Assembly: GCA_003427395.1 (NCBI GenBank)
Contig: BFEA01000028.1
Location: 2,395,112 to 2,459,111, forward strand
From: Chara braunii
Lineage: Eukaryota > Plantae > Charophyceae
Reading direction: 5' to 3'
DNA length: 64,000 nucleotides
Shown here: piece by piece, positions 1 to 11,156 of the stretch
How the letters are laid out: each line of letters begins with the position of its first letter
Numbering within the stretch: the stretch's first letter is position 1
Translations under genes and position numbers: made by a program
The notes under the pieces: generated by a model
Told to the model about the DNA's origin: nothing
Database searches by the model: none
The model's input: the letters and a program-made list of their open reading frames with translations, nothing else

Positions 1-1100
1 GGCCCGCACGCGAACTGACATCTTGGGGGGCTGAAGTCCCAAGCGCGGTCCGACGTCGGTCGACTAGGACGCATCCCGCACACCACCCGCACACCACTTT
101 ACGAACACAAAAATAAAACACACACACACATACACATGAAACGACACAACACAAACAACACGACAACGCTCCTAGCCCCTCGGTAGCCATCCCATAACTC
201 TCCGATGCGGAAATCAGGTAGGCGTCGCGCGCGAGACTTGGTATAAAACCGCGCGGACGCAGGGCTAACTCATGTCGACTCGCAATGCAAGCGTACACAA
301 GCGGTCGCAGTGATGGCGTACTATATAGTACCCATACTCACGCGGTCCCCCCCGTTAATCTTGAGGGTCGCATTCGACACTCAAGTGTCGGCTGACACGC
401 GCCTTGAGGGTTAATCTCTCGACGCTGGACAACCGCCATGCGCGGTTGAAGACCACACACCCTCTTCTGCACTCTGTGCACAGTGGGTGGTACACAGGTC
501 CATACCTGTGGTGGCAGTCGCTTCCTACTGCCCTGGGGAAAGTCCTACTCTAGGCCTAGGCAAAAGTCTAGGGGTTTGATTTTGACGGTTGCCACGGACT
601 ACAACGTCCAACCATAGAAACTCTAAAAAGCAAAGGATAACAGAGGGCTTTCCTTTCTCTCAAGCCATAGTCCGGTTAACCCTTATGCACAAATACAGTA
701 GGTCTCTCAAATACTCAGGGTACTCGTAAACATATGAGGGTTAGTTATATAGGACGATCACTTCTCACAGTCACAGTGAGGCTCCTCTTAGCCATATATG
801 TATGTAATCGCAGGCAGTCACATCCAAAGTCTGAACCACAAACGCACCGGCAATCACATCAAAGATTCAACCAAGAATCCACGCACTACCCGGGATCAAC
901 TTCAATCATTCTCTGCGCTCATACCCCTCGCTGCAGCCATACAAGCCTCACTCCTTCAACTCTTAAATAAGTACTCATTACTTTTGTTGGATGACCATTC
1001 AATAATGTCCGGGTGAAAACACAACAAAACAGTTCAATCACAAGGCTAAAGCCTTTAGGTTGAGTGGCAGGAGTGAATTGGAGTTGGATCGTAAACTGAC

Positions 1101-1154
1101 GAATCGGCAACCGACCTGTTATCAGTGATAACAGAAGATGATCCTCGTAGGATC
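1101..1154. other. Conserved triple-hairpin module of family A
   Basis: TCGG-caa-CCGA, CTGTTATC-agt-GATAACAG, GATCCT-cgt-AGGATC. Homologues at 12142-12195, 32344-32406 and (inverted) 33648-33711 show compensatory changes. Confidence 0.8.
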
Positions 1155-1401
1155 AAGCTGAAACTAGTCCAAGGCCTGAATCGAATGTCCAAGAAAGACC
1201 TGTACCATAAGATAGACCAATGTAAAGGCTAAACCTATAAGTCCATGGAGAGCAATCTCCATATCATGATCTTACCCAAATCACTCTAGTTAACCATATC
1301 TAAGCCTACCTCTAAGCAAATGTCCAAAGAAAGTTAGACCCATGGCAAAATCTCCCCTGGTCAGAGTGGATCGTCAGAATCACCACCTGTTCAACTTATA
1401 A

Positions 1402-1945
1402 TCTAACTCCTCTACATCAAGAAAATTTTGGCAGCGCTTCCCGTAGAAAAAATGCCCTTTCAGAATTTATATCAGTCCGAATATAAAAACATAAATAATC
1501 TCTAACTCTAGAAAGTCAACTTTTTTGTCTAACTCCCTGAATTAGTAAAAATTTGGGCAACATTCACTTTAGAAAGGAATATTTCCCAGATTTATACTAA
1601 GTCAGATATGAACTATTTAACTAGCGCCTTAGTTTTGCAGAAATTTCGTCAACACTCCTTTTAAAAAAGTGTTATTCTAAAATTTATACAAAGCTAAATC
1701 AAGAACTTGAGAATAACTTTGACTTCTCAAAATCCAATTTTATCTAACTCCCTGAACTAGCAAAAATTTGGGCAGCACTCCCTTTAGAAAAGGAGACTTT
1801 CCAGATTTTTACTAGGTCAGATATAAAGAAAAGAGAAGTTGAATTTTGACAAGTTCAAAATTGACTAACTCCTTGGATTTGTAGAAATTTCGGCAGCGCT
1901 TCCCGTAGAGAAAGTAGCTTTCCAAGATTTATACAAAGCCAAGTA
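1402..1945. repeat. Array of 5 long (~70 nt) imperfect hairpins, period ~90-125 bp
   Basis: Units start (t)ctaactcc and contain e.g. ctgaactagcaaaaatttggg...ccagatttttactaggtcag. The same array occurs in A2 (12447-13015) and its start in A4 (~32650-32705). Confidence 0.75.
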
Positions 1946-2228
1946 CAACAAAGGATCTCAAACTATGCGAGAATTGAAATAAGTAAAAAAAACTTAGCTC
2001 TGAAAATGCAAGAATTGAAAGTAACTTCTATGACTCTAGTACGCGGCGAGCCTCTAAAGCAACTACCTGTCAAACTGAAACTCAGACCAAGTAGTAGCCT
2101 CACTTAGTCACATGCAGGTCAAACCACAAAGGTAAATACTCTCACCATCCCCAAGTTGGTTCAGCAGACATAAGGTCATATTCTTTGAATGATTTAACCT
2201 TTTATACCCTACTTACATAGGGCATTGA

Positions 2229-3056
2229 GACTGGTCATTCGTCTTAAAAACAATGCCAGCTCTCTGCCTAGTTATACACGAACGGATTGCACAACTACTT
2301 TTCTCTTCATTGGGCATGTGACTAAGTCATTCATCTTGGAAACCATGCTTAGTCGCTCCGAACTGTTTAAATAGTTATGTTATATATACCTTTCTGCACC
2401 TTAGTCTTCAGAAAGAGGGCGTAGGGCTGAGTCATTCATCTTAGAAACAATGTTCAGCCTGCCCAGGTTACCTTTAGTTATAACTCTTGATTATACTCTC
2501 TTTGCTTGTGATAGGGCTATAGTCAGGCCATTCATCTTAGAAATAACGCCTGACTAACCTTGTTCGTATATAAGTACATATATATACGACATTATAGAGA
2601 ATCCTATTCCTTTATTCTCGTTATGGTCCTGAGGCCTCAGACTTAGACATTCATCTTAGAAACAATGTCTAGTCCTCTGACCCTGAATCCTCCCTCAGAA
2701 CAAAAACAATCAATGAGAGATGAGTCATTCACCTTAGAAACAATGCTCAGCTCTCTCTTTTTCAGCACACAAGAAAAGCAGGGTACCCTGGGTCTGACCC
2801 AGAGACTGTTCAAAAACCACCCAAGTAAAACAACGGTCGGACCATTCATCTTAGAAACAATGTCTGGCCCTCAAAAAGTCAAGCAAGCAATACCCCTCAG
2901 AAATAAGTAGTCAGACCATTCATCTTAAAAACAATGTCTGACACAATTAAAGAAACACAACAACTAAGCCATTCATCTTAGAAACAATGCTTGGTTCTTC
3001 AGAAAACAGAACAAAACATATTAGTCAGGCCATTCATCTTAGAAACAATGCCTGAC
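2229..3056. repeat. Array of 10 stem-loops with conserved core CATTCATCTTAGAAACAATG and variable, self-complementary outer stems
   Basis: Cores start at 2236, 2328, 2433, 2529, 2648, 2726, 2843, 2917, 2970 and 3031. Outer stems include gactaag/cttagtc, ggctgag/ttcagcc, tagtcagg/cctgacta, ggtcgga/tctggcc and gtcaga/tctgac. Confidence 0.9.
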
Positions 3057-4979
3057 CCCTTAAGACCCACTCAATCGTGAGCAAAACTGCCTTCCTCCCA
3101 ACCTTCGCCCTGGTGCAACCCCTTGTGACAATCTGCTTTCGGGCAATCAAGGAAATTGAAACTGCCATTATATATGCATTTCTTTAGTTAGTCTGATTTG
3201 TGTCCTGAAAGCCAATCCAAAAATCAAAGTAAGTGTTGCATACAGTACAGTCAACCAATACACAGGGAGGTATATAGATAGGGGTTATACTGGGTTTATA
3301 GGGGAAGGAAATGGTTACCTTTCAATTCCCTGCCTCCAAAGCCTCGCCTAGGTTCCGGCAGAGGTCTCGCAATCGGTTGGGCGAACCTCCCACAGAGGCC
3401 TTGGCACGGATTACGGGTTCCAATCCCGCCTTCCGCCTTCCTTTCAGAACCGATAGACTAGACTTAGACTAAGAAGGGCAGAAGTAGAAAGACTTAGTTT
3501 CTCAGATCCAAGAATGGTGCACTCAGACTCTCACGAGAGGGCCTCGATAGCTGGATACGCCTGAGGGTCCCACAATGCTGGCCAAAAACGAGACAATGGC
3601 TTGGTCAAACCGACGTCAATTTGTTGAAACAGGCTCCCCTAACGACTCCCGAATCGCAGCACTGACCCTCCTCACCATCACTCCTCCAACATTACAACAC
3701 CGCCCTTCTTTATGAGAAGCGCGCCAATGTGCACAGAACAAAGCAGAGTACACAGTTCCGTAGGCATCGACAGGCCGCTATGGCACACATCAGCACTCCC
3801 GACACTCTCAGCAGCAGCAACAGCTAGTACAGTGCCCCCAACAGCAGCAGCGATTAGTGCTACGGCAACAACTTCACCAACCAAACACAGCCATGTACTC
3901 CTCCTCAAGCTCAAACACCGCAGCAAGGTAACTTGAAAACAACTCATGATGATCACCGCAACCAGTAGTTGTCTATGTCAGCGGAAGATTTTCAGGGGAC
4001 ACTGCCATGCTGAAAACCCTTAGTAAACAGGAGTGTCGCAGTCTGCAGCAGACGGTAGCAACCACTGATCAACTGTAGCAACTGGCCTTTGCGATATATC
4101 CTTCCATAGGATGGGCAGGATCGAGTGGGCCTTCAAACTAGACCTGGCCAGATACAGCGCCGCCAAGTGCAGAGCTGCAGGTGGCTCCTATAGGTCAGGT
4201 GGCTCCCGCTCCTAACTCGACATAAACGAGCTCGGCGTAGCCTGATCAAGCCCCAGCTTCAGCTCCGATGGCCAACGGTAAAACGAACTATGAGCCGAAG
4301 CATAGCTGTCGCAAGGGAGGAGTGGTGATGGCTTCGCGATGAAGGTCCGCTTAATGCTCGCTTAGCTTGTTACGAAAACGCACAGCCACTATCCACACTT
4401 ACAAGCTTCGAGTGGCCGACCGAACATCGCTGAGAGGCGAGCTGACTTGCACCTCCGTTTGCTGATAGAGGGAACAAACGTCGAGTGGGTCTGTTGCCAA
4501 ACATGGGCAGGTGCACAACCCGCTGCACATTCACTACAGAAGGTCACTGCCCTGCCCGCCTTCACCATCATGCGAGCCCACATACACCGTGGCTCGACTT
4601 TCGATCCATCCCGCACCGCCAGTTTCGTACTTCCACGGCCTTGGTAAGTTCCTCACTCCTCTTTCTTCGCTTTACCCTGCCAAGGTTCGTACTTCCTCTC
4701 TCTCTCTCTCTCCCTCTCTCTCGTGTATCTCCGATGCTTGCGACTAGGACGGCGTGACATAGCTACAACCTCGGCTCATACCGCATTGTTACCTCGATTG
4801 TGCCTGTGGGTGTTTGCGAGGGCTACTCCCATCAACCTGACGAGCAACGCGCCAGTCAACAGGTAAGTCTCTATCCGCACGGTTGCCCTCCCGCTATCTA
4901 TTTCAATGGGATTCACAAAAGTGAATGAATCTATTCGCAAAAAACGGCCAGGTGCGTCGAACTCTACTAACTCATATCC

Positions 4980-5490
4980 TACTGACTCATTTCTAAAACT
5001 AAAGCTACTGTCACGCTCGCCCGACCAACAACCCTCAGTTTAGACCTCTGCTCGCCCGTTTTCATCAAGAAAACGGGCGAGTTTCACAACATTTACTCCC
5101 GCCATAGCCGCTTCTCCCGGTACCTCCGCGCACTGACTTTTTCTACTAACTCCACTTTTACTTACTTTCTACTGATTCTAACCGCATAATCTGCTTCGCC
5201 CATCCTAAAAACCCCAATTTAACATCTTAATTCGCTTGATTCTATCAAGAATCGAGCGAAATATCAATCTTCCCGTTTCTTTGATACTCCATCCTCCATT
5301 TCTTCGCGCACATCTTTTTCCCACTAACTCCTAACGTATTATCTTACTACTAAAACTAACACTAGATTCGGATTCGCCAGCCTAAAAAACTCTTACCTAC
5401 CCTCTCCCCCGGCTCGTTCTGGCTAAGAAACGGCGGGGTATGCGTCCTTTNCCCCCGCCATAGCCACTCCTCCCATTGCTGCGCATGCAC
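4980..5490. repeat. Three degenerate ~185-bp tandem units, each with a hairpin
   Basis: Hairpins ctcgcccgttttc-atcaa-gaaaacgggcgag, ttcgcttgattc-tatcaa-gaatcgagcgaa and ccccggctcgtt...aacggcgggg. A homologous array lies at ~16020-16520. Confidence 0.65.
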
Positions 5491-6312
5491 CCGGCGCACA
5501 TTCGCGCCCAGATTCAGCCCCCTCGTTCACCTGTTCTTCGCTGCCCGTCGCCCGCTGCCTTGCTATACGGCCCTAACGTTTTGCCGCAGCGACAAAACAA
5601 ACTCCCCTCTCGTGTCTGCTCCCTCCTTTCTGCCTTCCCCATCTCGCCCGCACCCGACACAGCCCCCCGTCCAGGTTCAACCCACTTCCCCTCTACTCCG
5701 CCTGCCTAGCGCCCGTAGGTACTGCCTCAGCGCCCCCGCAGCTGCCCGTCGGGTCCTTTCTTCCTCCCTACTTCGTCCGCCCGCTCGGTCTACCACTACT
5801 CCCTGCTCAGCGCCTCGCCCGCACCCGACTCTCGTCACCCGTTGCCTCGGACAATAGCGGACCCGCAGTCCGCTACTCGGAGATATGTCGTTGGTCCCGC
5901 CTCCTCTCGAGTGGCCCTGAGCAGAGACTGCTGATGCTCATAGGAGGAGGGGACCAGAGGGGTAGTCAAATGACCAGCCCTTCAAAGAGGCTCGGTCCTA
6001 ATGCTACCGGCCGCCCCCTGGCTGGTTTCACCCACCTACTGTAGCCGGTAGCGCACCTGCTGGTGGGTTCAGCCCCCACATGTTCCCACGTCAAAGGCTC
6101 GAGCACGGATATGGCTGCTACGGGGTTCCCCACAATACTATGAAGGGGTAACTTTGGCGTAGTCAGGACAACATTTCGTAATCGGACCTCAGGCAACCCG
6201 CGAATACAACGCACCCCCGTGCGTCTTTATATCAACCCCAATACCGCCTCCGAAACGGGACGCGAACAGGGGGAAAGCTAAAACCAGAAACGACAAGAGG
6301 TATAAGAAAAAA

Positions 6313-6343
<31 letters not shown>

Positions 6344-8718
6344 AACGGGGAAAAAGGAGAGGAACTACAAACACCTCGCCTCCCCCGTGGGTCGGGCCCG
6401 CCGCCATGCCCATTAACAAAATCGAGGGGGATCGTTGGGCCCTCAACCCCTCCTGTTTTGCTCCACACTGCTCCGCTGCCTCTGCGCCGACGCCCTGCTG
6501 GCCTCGATCCCCGGACCTCCGTATCATCAACCCAGTGCCGTAACCTCTAGGGCTAAGCCCAAGCCTGAGACTAGTGCCCGCAGAGTACCATACAAGGCAG
6601 TGTGGCGCGACGCTTTGCGCCAACAAACGGGTTGTGAGGTTCCCAGTGCCCGCGCCGGCTTGCTTATATCGTGCCATAATTGCCCCGCGCACCATCCTAC
6701 GTCGCCCCGCTCACCGCACGAAGTCACGCCGTCGTTGTCAATGTCATCGTCCTCGCACGGGCGCTTGCCTCAGTCGCAGGAAAATATCCTTAATTCCTAC
6801 TTAATCAAAAATAAATAAATAAAAATAAAACAAAGTTAAACAGGCCGGCGTCTGCGCCGGCTTTATAATCAACGACAGGGGGAAAAAAAAAATTCCGCGC
6901 GCCTCAAACCCTGCGCGCCCATACACTCTCTACTTACCGTACTGCCGCAAGTCGCGCGGCCTTCTCAACAATTCCAGGTTAAACTTGTTTTCTGTCACTT
7001 GCAACACCGCACTCCAATAAAACCCGCATTTGAAACCCGATCCAATGCGTGCGCCAACGCCCGTGCCACTCCCAATTCACACCCGTCCTCATTTTACCGT
7101 ACTCATACTACTTAAAAAAAAAAAAACGGCAGGGTCACCGCTCGCCACATCACCTCACCCGGCCTCACGAACACTCGTAGTACCACCACTTGACCATACA
7201 AAAAAAAAAAAGCTCCACTGCGCCAAAACAAAATCAGCAGCGCCTCAAAACTGCCAAGAAACGGGTAGCACTTCAGCACTGTCGAGGTGTAAATCACCCG
7301 CAAAATGGAGTGCAACCTGTCGCACGGTCACACCAATACTGCGTCGAAAAAGTCCTGCCGACATCGTAAATTTTCGGCAGCACATCCGCACCAAAATGGG
7401 GATCAGCTTGCTGCAAACCAGACCGTCGACACCTCCACCAACATCGCCTTGATGTTTTCGTTGCCGTCGTGGTCCCGCAGCGTCCCAAGTACCGTTCCGT
7501 TAGACAAGCATCAACGAGAAGGATGAGGAGTAGAGTGCTCCCTACCTCGATTTATGTATGCCATCCTTGCGTTGGGGCCATGCTAATTAGGCGCGTGCGA
7601 TTTCGGCCACGTGATCCAAGTGATCGTGAGGTCGAAATCGACCATGCTTTATTACTTCCAACATGGCTGCTCGAAAAGGAGCTGGCCCAAGTAGGGTGGT
7701 ATCGAGTTCGATCCAAGTATCTGTCGGGTGAAAGTCTGCTACATGATCCCACTGGGCTAGCTCCTGTTACACGGTAAACATAAGCAAGTCTTCATTATGA
7801 AGAGCTAACCAGCATATAACCCTGTAGGCTTCAGCCTGCCCCTGCCGCTTAAACTGTCGTCGCCCATCCCCGAAGCAAACATGAATTCATCCGCATAGGG
7901 TGGGGCATAAGTCTTTCGCCATGCCGACGCCGGTTCGAGTTCGAGCAGGGCAATTCTAAAATAAGATAAGTCTGAATCCCCCCGCTACTCTTATTACGAC
8001 TTACATGCCCAACGCGGCCACCCTTTATCCACTTAAACCCTGAGTCACTATTTTATATAGAATAGGTTTAGATTTAGTATTTCCAACAACCGTCTGCCTC
8101 TGCGGCCTTGCAAACGCAGGGTCGGTCAGTCATGCCATTGATCCTCTCCCTTGCTCTTGCAGGCCGCGAACGTCCAAACTTAAATAAAAATATTTTGACC
8201 TGTTGGTCGTGGGTGTGGTCTGAATCGACTTTTGGCAGATACCTGAATCTCATCAAGTAAACCCATTCAAACAAAATTTTACCATTAGTCAGACAATGCC
8301 CGATATTGAAAATCCCGAGCAGATACCCTTGTAAGGATTTTTGCGACACCGTGGTTGCGGGGCAACGCACAAAGAGTTGAGGGATGGACTCTATCTGATC
8401 ACATCTACGGGTCGTGCAAAGCCCCTCATTATGGGGACTTTTGTTGCCAGCCACTGTGTTGTAGGGACTACAAGATGGTAAATCTGCCATAGCAGCCTTG
8501 CCTTCCTCTGGTCGGGCAAGGTCTTCTGAATCTCGCATTGTTCCTACCATTTTCGCACCATCCATCAAAGGATTAGTGTTGAGGGGATCCACTCTCTTTT
8601 ATCTCACCTATCTATCAATTCCTCATATATATTTACTCTTGGCAGCAATAGCTGATGGATTGCCTTTGAAGTGATTGTTGTAGTGCAATACTCTTGTTTT
8701 AATTATAAGGGGAAGGTG

Positions 8719-10410
8719 TCACTCTTGGGGATCCACCACTAGTTGTTGTTTGCCCGTACTCGAGCAAAAAGGGAGGCCCACCTCCTCACTCGCGACAGTC
8801 TCAATCCCCAAATGGTCAATGCTGCATCTACGGGGCAGAGCTTCCTCCCAGGATCCTGCCAGCGGACAGCCTAACCCATCCCAACCCGACCTTACGACCC
8901 TCACCACCCATTTGGAGGTCGCATGTTTTTCCTCTGGCAATGCCCCTTCCACCTTGTACACCGTTCATGGGCAAGGGTCCCTTTTTAACTTCACCCAATC
9001 TCCTTCCTGGAAACCTCCCTTCTTCAATAGGCCCAGCCATTGCACCGGGATGACCTCCTACAATTCTCTCAACCGTTGAAGTCTACTGAACTTTAAGGGC
9101 AAGCACCTTATCATCTTTCCATCATTCCTTCAGTCCCCCTTTGGGTGTCCCATAAATGACCAACCTTGTATATCGCTCGCTCTGCCCATTGATGGTCAAA
9201 CGCACCCACTCTACTTTGTCAGGAAAGGGGTCCCCTGCACTATTACATTTCAACCTATTATCGAAGATGGGTTGATTAAAAACAACACCCATGGACTCTA
9301 GCCACATGCACTAGAGTAATATATTGTCTTTCCATAACACCAACGTAGCGGACCAAGCAGAGGTTCTCCTCATATGGCCCATCATAGCCGCACTGGCGGA
9401 ACACACAAGTCTACCACCACTAGGGAGGTCCTTCAATTTTTTGTATGGACCAAGCAATTGAGTCACCTCTGTCCACGACCCCCCCGTTGTTTTCAACAGG
9501 ACCCAGACCAAGTTTCGAAGTTGCAGGGCAGTCATCTGCAGCCTTGGATCCAGGATTCCCAAGCCTCCCACCAATCTAGGCTGGGTCAGCTTGCCCTATG
9601 CCACTCTGCAAGTATTGTCCCGCTTCACTAGACTTCCTACCCATAGGTACACATGTATCACACTCCTTAACAAACCAAATAGTTGCCTACCTAGCATATG
9701 AATCGCCCCGACGTACGACATAGTAGCAAGCACGAAGTTGTTAACAACTCGCGTTTTGCCAAACAGGCCTAAACTGGTGCGCAATCCCCAAGCCCCCAAC
9801 TTTGCAATTGCAGCTTCCATCAGCGAGGTCATCCGAGCTATGCCTCCACGTGGCGGAGTCACCGACACACCAAGAAAACAGAGCCACGGTGGGGATGTCC
9901 CATCCAGCTGGCGGGGGCGGTCCCTGTGGCATCACTGCCTTGGACTTGCCCTTACAAAAAATGGTTAGGTCGTCCTTTAGAATCTCCAATTGTTGCACTC
10001 TAGGGGAGGTGGTTGCTCATGTATATTTCACCCATTTATCTGGTTCAATCCTCAACCCCTGGAGTAGGTTGTATCTCCTCAGGATGCAACACCTCGATAT
10101 ATATGAAGTAAAGGGTGGGGGATAGGGACATCCCTGCATGACTAATCTAATAAACTAACACCCTTAGTTGTCACCCCATTGACCTGCATGGAAGTCTGAG
10201 CACCCATCAGAAGGGTGCACTCCGAGCCCCCAAAAATTTCCCCAATGCCTCTCCGCTTCATGCATTGTAGCATGAACGCCCACCAAACCCGGTCATAAGC
10301 CTTCTCTAGGTCGATAAGGACCAACGCGAGCAGTTGCTCCCCTTCATTGGCAATTTCCAGCACCTGGCGGATGAGGAAGACATTAGTTAGTATCTGTTTG
10401 GTTGGGACGG
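8719..10410 (-). pseudogene. L1/Tx1-clade LINE ORF2, 3' part (RT domain and C-terminal region), decayed
   Basis: Frameshifted fragments VPTKQILTNVFLIRQ...LIDLEKAYDRV, MQGCPLSP, LKDDLTIF, LGLFGKTRVVNNFVLATMSY and GGLGILD, typical of L1-type reverse transcriptases. Confidence 0.9.
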
Positions 10411-11096
10411 TGTCAAACACATTAGTCCGCCACCGCACAAGCGGGGCGGGACCCTCCCGGCCGCGTCACGCAGGAGTTGGTCTTATCCTCATCGCAAAAT
10501 ACACATGGAGCTTTCGCAAGCCGCTCCGGCCGAGTGCGCCAGCCATACCCCTGGCGAACCCCTACGACAAGATAGGGCCTATGCAAGGCACGACTTACCT
10601 CCACCTTACGGGAGTTGTCACCTCCCTTTGGTGGGCGTATCCCCGCCGAGCTACCAGTCCACAATACGAAAGCTAATCAGTTGCAATCGCAGAGGTGGAC
10701 CAGCCGAGGGCNNNNNNNNNNNNNNNNNNNNNNNNNNNNNNNNNNNNNNNNNNNNNNNNNNNNNNNNNNNNNNNNNNNNNNNNNNNNNNNNNNNNNNNNN
10801 NNNNNNNNNNNNNNNNNNNNNNNNNNNNNNNNNNNNNNNNNNNNNNNNNNNNNNNNNNNNNNNNNNNNNNNNNNNNNNNNNNNNNNNNNNNNNNNNNNNN
10901 NNNNNNNNNNNNNNNNNNNNNNNNNNNNNNNNNNNNNNNNNNNNNNNNNNNNNNNNNNNNNNNNNNNNNNNNNNNNNNNNNNNNNNNNNNNNNNNNNNNN
11001 NNNNNNNNNNNNNNNNNNNNNNNNNNNNNNNNNNNNNNNNNNNNNNNNNNNNNNNNNNNNNNNNNNNNNNNNNNNNNNNNNNNNNNNNNNNNNNNN

Positions 11097-11156
<60 letters not shown>

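Larger units (their letters stand above)
1..8348 (-). mobile_element. Family A copy A1: large non-coding structured element, other end lies before the window
   Basis: The minus strand begins TGTCGCAAAAATCCTTACAAGGGTAT at 8348, the same terminal motif as A2 (18083) and A3 (23353). 7540-8348 aligns with A3 23353-24040, and 1-~7000 aligns patchily but colinearly with A2 11100-17950 and A4. The right flank is ccgt. Strand is a convention (the TACCCT-ACA-AGGGTA end is called 5'). Confidence 0.85.

Noticed and set aside
20-50. Twister ribozyme suggested by GTCCCAAGC
   Set aside because: The motif is the 3' arm of a cttggg/cccaag hairpin, is CTCCCAAGT in A3, and the other twister elements are absent.
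2229-3056. CRISPR array
   Set aside because: Eukaryotic context, no cas genes, irregular 53-119 bp spacing, and repeat flanks pair with each other. Better explained as a stem-loop array.
3660-5860. Coding region inside A1
   Set aside because: Only short low-complexity ORFs, no recognisable gag/pol motifs, and poor conservation with A2. A heavily decayed gene cannot be excluded.
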